A DNA stretch of 64,000 nt from Octopus sinensis. Lineage: Eukaryota. The notes under the pieces were generated by a model, which saw nothing but the letters and a program-made list of their open reading frames with translations, made no database searches and was not told the DNA's origin. Location of the stretch: positions 26,226,001-26,290,000 of the forward strand of contig NC_043012.1 in assembly GCF_006345805.1 (NCBI RefSeq), read 5' to 3'. Positions 53,754 through 64,000 of this stretch are shown here, in pieces; positions within the stretch are counted from its first letter, which is position 1, and each line of letters starts with the position of its first letter. A program made the position numbers and the translations under genes.

Positions 53754-55631
53754 AAGGGGGAGGTTCGATCAAAAGGGATCGTAAAAGGAGAGAAAGAGGA
53801 CAAAAAAAAAGGGGGGGGTTAAAAAAAAAAAAAAAAAAAGGGGGAGAGGAAAAAAAAATTGATCAATAGGGATCGTTATCACAGAAATGTCAATATGAAG
53901 TGTAAAGGGGGGGACAGGTGAGGTTTACCCGTGGAAAGAAAAGCCTACGGAAAAGACCACGGTAACCTCGGTCAATGAAGTCACATTTTATATTTCTTTT
54001 TTTTTTTTTTTTTTTTTTGCAAATAAGCAACTCTCTGTTTTCGATTTCTGGGTTCATAGGACTATGCTCAAGGTGGCTTCGTCATTCATACGTGTCATTC
54101 TTGCTACATTCACCCATCTTTTTTTAAAACATTCGCTAGACAAAACTTGCCTCTCTACTCTCACTTTCCTTTTCAAGTGGTACTTGAAGAAGTTGATGAG
54201 AGATTGACCAGAGAGGAAAGTGTTTGTCTCCAATCCTTTCAGACGCGTCCACCAGATACATTCTTTCGCCATAGCCACAAGGATGATGAAAATAGCTCTT
54301 CCTTCCCGTTTGAAGGAAGGAGGCGTGACAATATTGACGATAGACTCAGCTGATAAACCGACTCGTCCCACACGTGACAGCAGTTGTTCGACATAAGCCC
54401 ACAGGTCGGAAATTGTTGGACACTGAACGAGTGCGTGCAGAACGGTTTCGTCGCTCTGACCGCATCTCGGGCAGGTCGGCCCCGTGTTTCTCGAGCCGTG
54501 TCTGTAGAGCTTATCCCGAACGGGTAGCGCTTCTCGGTAGCACTGCCAGGCCAGGGATCTCTGGAAGTTGTCCATGGCCCTGGCCCGAAAGTCGTCCCGA
54601 ACAGGCGGGTCAGGTACTCCTCGTCGACGTCCAGGTTCGCCCCGAGCTCGTCGTCGTACCTCCCCTCCACTAAACCCCTATAGAATGCTTTGGTTGTGTT
54701 GAAGTCACTTAAGGTCGACCCAGGACGGCAGAGTTGCTTGAGAGCAACGCGACACTCGCGGTGCCATTCGCCCTTCCTCGGCCTCTTTTTGATCCACGAC
54801 TGCAGTTCGGTCATGGAGACGAGCTGCGGGAAAGCGTGCCTCACAAACGGCGACCACACCTGTTCACCGTCGTCTACATAGAGCCAGAGATGTCGCAGTC
54901 TCAGCGCGTGTCTGCGCATCATCAACCACGGCATGCCCAGCCCTCCTTTTAACGGGTGTTGACAGCAAATGGATCGCCTGACCATCGGGACGCATCCTTT
55001 CCACAAGAAGCGAAAGAGGATGCGTTGTAGTTTGGTGATGGTAGGGTCGGGACAAGGTACGACGGTCAGGCGGTAGTAGATGACGGACGCGATGTACGTG
55101 TTCGCCACCTCCGCTCGACCTTTTAGGGACAGTTTCCTCTCGGCCCATTGCCGGGCGAGAGTGACCATCCTACTCGTTATCTCGTTCCAGTTCTTCTCCA
55201 CTTGGAGGTCCGGACCAAACCAGACCCCGAGCAACTCAACCGGGCCGTCGGTCCAGCGTCCCACGACGGAGGCGCTGGTGGACGGCATGGGCTTGCTTCT
55301 CCAGGTGCCTAGTCGCAAGCCCACTGACTTTTCCCGGTTGATTTTCGCTCCTGTCACCGCTTCGTAGTTTTTCAGTGTCTCGCCGACCAGCTCGATGTGC
55401 TCGTGGCTAGACACTATGACGGTGACGTCGTCCGCGTATGCAGACACGCTCGTCCCGCATCCCAATTCTCGCGGGATGCCCCTTAGAGTCGCCAGCTTCC
55501 GCAGTAGTGGCTCAAGAGTCAATACGTATAGAAGCGCCGAGAGGGGGCATCCCTGACGGACCGAACGTGCAATGTCGAAAGGTCTCGATAGATGTCCATT
55601 TACGCGAATTACCGAACGGATGCCTCTGTAC

Positions 55632-55633
<2 letters not shown>
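53647..55633 (-). mobile_element. Young, GC-rich, 5'-truncated Tx1/L1-clade LINE inserted in (GATA)n
   Basis: RSVRQGCPLSALLY, AYADDV, CCHC finger CPRCGQSDETVLHALVQC; one frameshift near 54575; AATAAA then a (TATC)n tail; (GATA)n at both ends. Confidence 0.93.
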
Positions 55634-55685
<52 letters not shown>

Positions 55686-55729
55686 TATAAATTGATAGAT
55701 AGATAGATAGATAGATAGATATATAAATT

Positions 55730-55761
<32 letters not shown>

Positions 55762-55762
55762 T

Positions 55763-55793
<31 letters not shown>

Positions 55794-55821
55794 TATAGAT
55801 AGATAGATAGATATATAAATT

Positions 55822-55885
<64 letters not shown>

Positions 55886-56019
55886 TAGACATATACACAC
55901 ACACATACAAAAATAACCTGTTGTTGATGTTGAAATTCCATTGAAGGAACCTTGGATCTAGGTTAGAAAACGGTTCTTTCTCTATTCGGAATAAATCTTC
56001 AAATAAAACTGAATAATGA

Positions 56020-56400
56020 CACACATGCATACATACATACATACATACATACATACATACATACATACATACATACATACATACATACATAAATACATAC
56101 ATACATACATACATACATACATACATACATACATGCATACATACATACATACATGCATACATACATACATACATGCATACACACATACATACATACATAC
56201 ATACATACATACATACATACATACATACATACATACATACATGCATACATACATAAATACATACGTACATACATATATACATACATACATAATTATATAC
56301 ATACATACATAAGTACATACATACATATATACATACATACATACATACATACATACATACATACATACATACATACATACATACATACATACAAACTTGC
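56020..56400. repeat. (CATA)n microsatellite
   Basis: Direct; source of the MYVC/HTYI ORFs. Confidence 0.95.
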
Positions 56401-56734
56401 ATACAAACATACAAAAGTACCCTAGTGATGCTGAAATTTCAATGAAGGAGCCTTGGCTCTAGGTTAGAAACCAGCTTTTGTATTGTTAAGAAGTCTTGAA
56501 ATAAAAGTGAATAGTAACATACATACATACATGCATACATGCATACATACATACATACATACATACATGCATCCATCCATTTTTACATCCATCCATCCAT
56601 CCATACATACATACATACATATCATGACTATTTCTTTGCTGATCGGAGAAACCGAATAATAAAAGTTTTGGACTTTTCTAAACAAAAGTTAGAACAGTAA
56701 ATATGGAGCTAATTATGTTTGCAGTAGATGTGTA

Positions 56735-56792
<58 letters not shown>

Positions 56793-57428
56793 TGTTTGCG
56801 TGTTTGTGCGTGTGTGTGTGTTTGCGTTTACATTACGAAATCACTGACACATTACGCATAAATTAAGAATTGGAAAAAAAACGATTTTACTTTTATACAT
56901 ATCAATGTCTCCTTTCTTAAATTTGGTAAAAGTGGTACCTGCTCGATCTTCTAGAAATAACAACCAAATCCCTAAATCGCATTCAAGAGCAAAATACATC
57001 TACAATATTTCATAATGTAGACCGTACTCAGTTGTTTCTGAAATTTAAAGCAAGAGATTCAAAATGGAATTTCTTCGTCCATCGCGGTGCTCTCTATTTG
57101 GTGGTAGCAGCAATAATGAGAGTGGCGGTGACAGTGGTGATAGCAATTGTGATAAGAGTAGGGTAATGGAGGGGGTGATAGTGATGACGATGAAAGTAGT
57201 GGTGGAGGTGGTAGTGGAGTAGCATTGTTCTTGTTGTTTAACCCTAAGCCGCATAGGTGGAAATTGTGTTGTCAAATTTCCAGTAATACTCTACACAAGC
57301 TTTACGGTTTTTCATGCTGGCTCCATTTATCGTATCTAATGGGTCTTATTCTTCGTAAGCCTAGTACTTATTCTATCGGTTGTCAAGCGATGTTGGGGGA
57401 CAAATACAGACACACAAACACATACATG

Positions 57429-57475
<47 letters not shown>

Positions 57476-58329
57476 TTGTATATGTATATATATATTTATA
57501 TATGTAAAAGTAAAAAAAATATACAAACTGGGACAAGAACGTGAAACATTTAGAAGACGACACAAAAAACACGGACGGGACATTCGAAGCCCTCAATCTT
57601 CAGTCAAGAACCGGATCATCTTCGCAATTTCGGCTGATTAATCTTGAGATTGCTCCGATCTGGGCAGCCCCCAAGGGAAATCTAAACCAAGCGCATTAGA
57701 TTCCTTGGAAGAAAGCCTCGAATGTATACAACACAGGGACGGAAAACGGACGATGTTACACGAATAAAAATACAAAAATACGTAAAAACAATAATGATAG
57801 CACGAATAAGAATACAAAATACGTAAAAACAATAATGGTAATAACAACAAAACCAGGACAAGCGTCTTTTCGACAGGACGAGTTAAGTTTTGAGCTGGCT
57901 ATAGAAGACTGCCTTAAGGCCACAGAGAAACAAACAAGTGTGTCTTGCCACAATGACTGCTGGATGCGAAAAGGCAGTAGTCGGTGGCTGGTCACGTGAG
58001 GACAAAAGAGAGGAGAAAGGGACAGATGAAGAGAGAAATAAAGAAGGGGAACAAGGGAGGAGAAGAAGGAGAGAGAAAGAGACAGATCAAGGGGAGCGCA
58101 AAGGGTGAAGGCAGAGAAATGTAGGAGAGGTGGGGAAGAGACAGTGTTGTAGAGTCGTACCAATGTTATATATATCTATACGACGGGCGTCTGCCAAATC
58201 CACTCACGAGGCTTTAGCCGGCCCGAGGCTATAGTAGAAGACAAGATGCTACGCAGTGGGACTGAACTCGGAACCATGTGGTTCGTAAGCATGCTACTTA
58301 CCACTCAGCCACTCCTACGCCTAGTAATT

Positions 58330-58790
58330 TTTTTAGTAGAAAATAACTTATTTACCTACTTTTGGCATTCGTTTAACGTAAGCGAGTCGAGAACATTCTG
58401 CGATTCGCTTTGGATCTCGAAAATGGTGCTAAATCGGCGATCTTTGAGCTGCATTTTCCTCTTTCGAAGTCCCCAGGTGTTAAATCTGACGAATAGGTCG
58501 GATGTGGAAGCGATAAAATGATGCTTTTGGCGAGAAACTCACAACTGAGCAGAACTCGGTGACAGGGTGCATTGTCGTCGTAAAGCATCTAATTCTTCGT
58601 ACACCAACAGTTCCGGTCCCTTTCGCCGAATATCCTCCCTCAAACGTTTCAAAACGTCTCAGTAGAAATTTCGATCGACGATCTGGCCACATTTCAACGT
58701 CGACATTGTACCTCTTAATGACCTTGCCGGCGAACAAAAGAAATGGTATTGCCATATTGCAAGAAACAGTGACCTCTTTACGACCATTTT
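58330..58790 (-). mobile_element. Mariner transposase catalytic fragment
   Basis: DDNAPCH...EFLAK...LPHPTYSSDLTPGDF. Confidence 0.8.
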
Positions 58791-59060
58791 TGAAGGAGTA
58801 GAGGTACTCTTTTACTCGTTTATTTATTTCAGTCATGTGACTGTGGCCATGCTGGAGCAGCGCTTTTAATTGACCAAATCGACCCAAGGACTACTTTGTA
58901 AGCCTAGTATTTATTCTATCGGTCTCTTTTGCCGAACCGCTAAGTTACGGGGACGTAAACACACCAGCAACGGTTGTCAAGCGATGTTGGAGGAACAAAC
59001 ACAGACACACAAACACACACACCACACACACACACACACACATACACACACACACACACC

Positions 59061-59093
<33 letters not shown>

Positions 59094-60724
59094 TATATAT
59101 ATATATATATTTACGACGGGCTTTTTTCAGTTCCCTTCTACCAAATCCACTCACAAGGCATTGGTCGGCCCGATGCTATAGTAGAAGACACTTGCCAAAT
59201 TTGCCACGCAGTGGGACTGAACCTGGAACCATGTGTTTCGTAATCAAGCTACTTACCACACATACACACCTACGCCTAAAAATAGGCGTAGGAAATAAAG
59301 AGAAGTGGACAAAGGAAAAAATAAAGAAAGTAATAAGGGGCAGAATTGTCAATCAGTTTAAGGGCTACACATTCTCAAAGACCGGATTTCTGTTACATAA
59401 TAGCAACAGATGAAGAACACTGGTGTAAGACTAGTGCCAAATGTCAAGATGGAACCCTAAAAATTCCTTCAGATGCCGAGGGCCCGGGAAAGTAAATTGT
59501 GATAATTAGCAATATTAATTATCCATTTCTACTCTAGGTACAAGATCCGAAATGCTTGGGGAGGGGACCAGTCGATTACCTCGACCCCGGTATGCAACTA
59601 GTACCAAATTTATCAACCCCAAAAGGATGAAGTGCGAAGTTGACCTCGGTGAAATTTGAACTCAGAAGGTAAAGACAGACGAAATGCTGTTATGCATTTC
59701 GTCCGGCTTGCTACGTCTCTTATTTTTTACTACCCAGAAGGGGCTAAACACAGAGACCCCGAAAGGATGAAAGGCAAAGTCGACCTTAGCGGTTAAAAGA
59801 TATTTCTTATTTCTTTACTGTCCACAAGACGCTACACACAGAGGAGACAAACAAGGACAGACAAACGGATTAAGTCGATTATATCGACCCGAGTGCGTAA
59901 CTGGTACTTATTTAACCGGCTCCGAAAGGATGAAAGGCAAAGTCGACCTCGGCGGAATTGAACTCAGAACGTAGCGGCAGACGAAATACTGCTAAGTATT
60001 GCGCCCGGCGTGCTAACGTTTTTGCCAGCTCGCCGCCTTAAGCAATATTAATTATCACCCTCACCGTGGAGGCGCATGGCTTAGTCCTTAAGGCGTTGGA
60101 CTCATCCTTGTAAGATTGTGGTTTCGAATCCTGGAACGGGTGAAGTGTTGTTTCCTTGAGCAAAGCACTTCATTTCACGTTTCTCCAGTCCACTCGGCTG
60201 GCAAAAAATGAGTAATCCTTCAGCAGACCGGAGTCCCATCCAAGGAGGGATGTATACGCCAGAAAAACGAGGAAACCGGCCCTTATGATCCTTACGCAGA
60301 AATATGGGCTATCTAGCACCATTGCAATAGCGCCATCGTATAACAGCCGTCATCACCCCCACTATCAATATCAACATCACCACTGCTACCACCACCATCA
60401 CCATCCATCTCATCAACATGATTATTACCATTCTGTTGTTGTGGTAGTTGTGGTGGTGAGGGCGGCAGTAGTGGTTCCAGTAGATATTCTCGTGCTGTAA
60501 TTTGAATTGAAGTAGCAGAACAGCTTCTGGAAGAATTTGGCCTTAAGGATTATGCCTCGAGTAAGTTCGGTAAAGGAGAAATTTGTTTTCTATTCGGAAT
60601 ATATAGTTCCACGTAGGAAAATGCTGCTACACTGGAAACCAAAAAAATCTCCAACCGAAACCTATACCACCACCAACACCACCACAAACCACCACCACTA
60701 CCACCACCACTACTACTACCACTA

Positions 60725-60782
<58 letters not shown>

Positions 60783-60995
60783 GCCGAAGCAACACCATTA
60801 CCATCATCGAATCGAAAAAGGCCGACATTGTCGTCGACATACTCCCCTTCCTCCTTCCCCACCTCCTCCTCCTCCTCCTTCATGTCATTATCATCACTTT
60901 TTTACAGTTACGAGAAAATTACACAGATATAAATTGCAATGTGTGCGTGTGGCGTGTACGTGTGTGACTTTGTGTACGTCAATATAATATATATA

Positions 60996-61026
<31 letters not shown>

Positions 61027-61074
61027 CATATATACATACATACATATATATACATATATACATACATACATATA

Positions 61075-61113
<39 letters not shown>

Positions 61114-61199
61114 TATACTTTAGTTTAAAGAGCTTACTTGGGACTATGCATAGGAATGCAACCGCACACGCAAGTAAAAATATATGTATATATATATTA

Positions 61200-61264
<65 letters not shown>

Positions 61265-62114
61265 ATATATGTGTGTGTTTGTGCCTGTGTGTATATATAT
61301 ATATACATATACATATACATACATTCATTATACAGGGGCTCGTACACAAATACGCCCACAAATACAAATTTACTTACACGCACTTATAACAAATGACAAA
61401 ACGCGTCACCTCAACCACTCTTTTTATAAAGTAGCAATAAATGTTAATAATTACTCCATACTAATATCGAAATCTACTCGTTTTCAAGCTGTACAACCTT
61501 ATAATTCAATTTCAAATTTTTCCCCATTTAATTCAAACTATAAAATACAAAAATGGCTGTTTCTGAAAATAATTACAATATATTTTCGAGGACAAATTTT
61601 TATTGTATTTATTTCCTCCTCTAGTTTTCGCAAATTTATGTATTGTCGTAATTTTTTTTCGTAAAAAATGGCGAAATATTTACGCTCAACTTATATGTTT
61701 TTCCCGCACACACATGTATATATATATATATATATATAAATATAAATACGTATATGTATATCTATATCTATGTGTGTTGCGTGCGTGTATTTGTTTTGTG
61801 ATAATTTGATTAGTGTGGAAGCATAATGTTACGTTTTAAAAGATGATATAAAAAGAATAATTTGGAAATTCATCATGTATAAATGTACGTGTGTATGTGT
61901 GTGAACTTGTAGAAGTCCATTTATGTAATATACTTTCATGTAAACACACGGACTCATAAACACACACATTCCTGTAAACATACGGACTCATAAACTCACA
62001 CACACGTACACAGACACACACACACACACTTTTATATATATATACATAGGGGTGTGTTGCTATATGATAGTATATATATATATTTATATGCATCTATGTG
62101 TAAGTTTATGTATG

Positions 62115-62162
<48 letters not shown>

Positions 62163-62639
62163 CTGTGTATATGTCTATGTTTATATATGTATATATATAT
62201 ATGTATATATGTATATGTATATATATATATGCATATATATATGTATATATACATATATATATATATTATATATATATATACATATCTATTTGCGTGTGTG
62301 TGTTTATGAATATTTATATATATATATATATAATATATATATATGCTTATGTATACGTAAGTATATGTGCATATTTATATATATTTGTGTCTTCGTTTAT
62401 CCTATACACTACACCTCGGCACGCACATACGGAAACACGCACACACTCACATACACACACACACACACACACGCACATACACACACAATACAATAACGAT
62501 AAAATATATTCTAAAACAAAATTGGAAATGTAATTGAATAATAGAAAATATACAGACCAACTTGTTAAATATTTTTACATTTTGTTGTGTTTTTGTTTGT
62601 ATACATTCAACTGTATTATTTTCGTATACATTCCCATAT

Positions 62640-62787
62640 TTCTACATGGTATTTAATATTAATAACAATAACAACATCAATAACAACAACACTACCACTA
62701 CAACTACTACTACAACTAATACCACTACTGCTGCCACTACTACTACTACAACAACTACTACTACTACTACTATACTACTACTACTAC

Positions 62788-62827
<40 letters not shown>

Positions 62828-63061
62828 TGCTGCTACAACCACCACCACCACTATTACTACTACCACTAATAATAATAATAATAATAATAACAATGATGGT
62901 GATGTGGAGGATGATGACAATGGTGAAGATGATGGCGACGACGGTAATAATAATGATAATAAAATAACAACAAAAACATCAATAACAATAACAGTTATAA
63001 AACTACTACTACAACTACTACTACTAATAGTAATAATAATAACAATAACAATAACAACAAC

Positions 63062-63111
<50 letters not shown>

Positions 63112-63137
63112 CAACAATAATAATAATAATAATAATA

Positions 63138-63176
<39 letters not shown>

Positions 63177-63185
63177 TAATAATAA
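62640..63185. repeat. Mosaic (CTA/CTG/CAA/TAA)n tract
   Basis: Direct. Confidence 0.9.
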
Positions 63186-64000
63186 GTGCCTTTCACCGAG
63201 AAGAATTTCTTAAAACCTCAGTAATATGGTATTCTTTCCTAAAGTGTTGAGTGTGTAAAAATATATCCTATTAATAAAATGAAAACCTAAAAAAAAATAT
63301 TAAAAAAGAATCACGATGTTATAAAAAAATAGTTTAAATAACGGTTTATGTTATATTAAGCAATGGAACTATAACGATTAGAATTATAATTTCTTTTTTG
63401 GTTTTTAATTTTTATACGGGAATAAAGTTGGTTAAAACTGTGGTTTTTAAAGGCACGTTAAATAATGATGTTTATATCTTTTTATATCTTTTTCAATATC
63501 ATACAATATTTTCAAAGTGGATTGGAATTACTCGTAAACCAATATTATGATTGGAATTTCGATTTCTTCGTCAAAGTACTAATTTGATGTGTAAGCTGTA
63601 TTTTCTGCGGCAGTTGTATATCCTTGTACACAGGAAAGAAAAAAATATGGTGACGTCTCAATCTTCAAAGATGATTGCTCTTGTCTTTGTGTTTTCTCGT
63701 TCTCAATGACGTTTCTAACTTTCCGTCCATGACCTCTCAGATGACTATTTAGTCCCGTTGCTTTGTAATCGTGCGTCTGCGACTGGTTGGGTTTACAATG
63801 AAGCCATACTTCCATCGTCATAGGACATTCAGTAGACGAAATGATAGATTTCAAATGATGGCTCCATAAAGAGCTAGCGGTATATCATACGGTTATGGTG
63901 AGAAACGCTTGTACACCACGAGTACCACTCGCTGACAGTTTGAGATTAGTGCTTAGTAATCACATGAGACTCCAGGTTTTACTTGGATGATGTGACAAAA

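Noticed and set aside
54239-55906. 555-aa ORF as a host gene
   Set aside because: The N-terminal part is translated (TATC)n, the remainder is Tx1 RT, and it runs out of frame after ~54575.
55512-56414. 300-aa MYVC/YLSI ORF and all similar YI, HT, poly-L/I/N/T ORFs
   Set aside because: These are translations of microsatellites.
53421-56518. CRISPR-like repeat/spacer array
   Set aside because: Eukaryotic context, the repeats are variable-length microsatellite, the 'spacers' are homologous to one another, and there are no cas genes.
63579-63854. 91-aa minus-strand ORF
   Set aside because: No homology recognised, and the length is within chance expectation.

Overview
AT-rich, microsatellite-saturated metazoan DNA, most likely an octopus/cephalopod genome. 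That assignment is inferred from the tRNA-derived SINE families, the repeat density and TTAGGG telomeric repeats. There is one 100-N gap. Most of the window is simple repeats plus remnants of SINEs, CR1-, Tx1-, R4/Dong-, RTE- and Penelope-like retroelements and Tc1/mariner transposons. Nearly all tracked ORFs are microsatellite or TE artefacts. Three things stand out. (1) A cluster of ~90-nt Pol III RNA genes at 31.5-32.3 kb, with A/B boxes, a terminal panhandle, an oligo-T terminator and a shared upstream TATA-like flank; this architecture resembles vault RNA. (2) A full-length U6 snRNA copy fused in sense to a 5'-truncated CR1-like LINE at 9.5-12.4 kb. (3) A phase-compatible three-exon candidate gene for a Cys-rich protein at 16.0-17.5 kb, whose second intron holds an interstitial telomere inserted into a mariner remnant. 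All family assignments come from motif recognition by eye; no searches were run.
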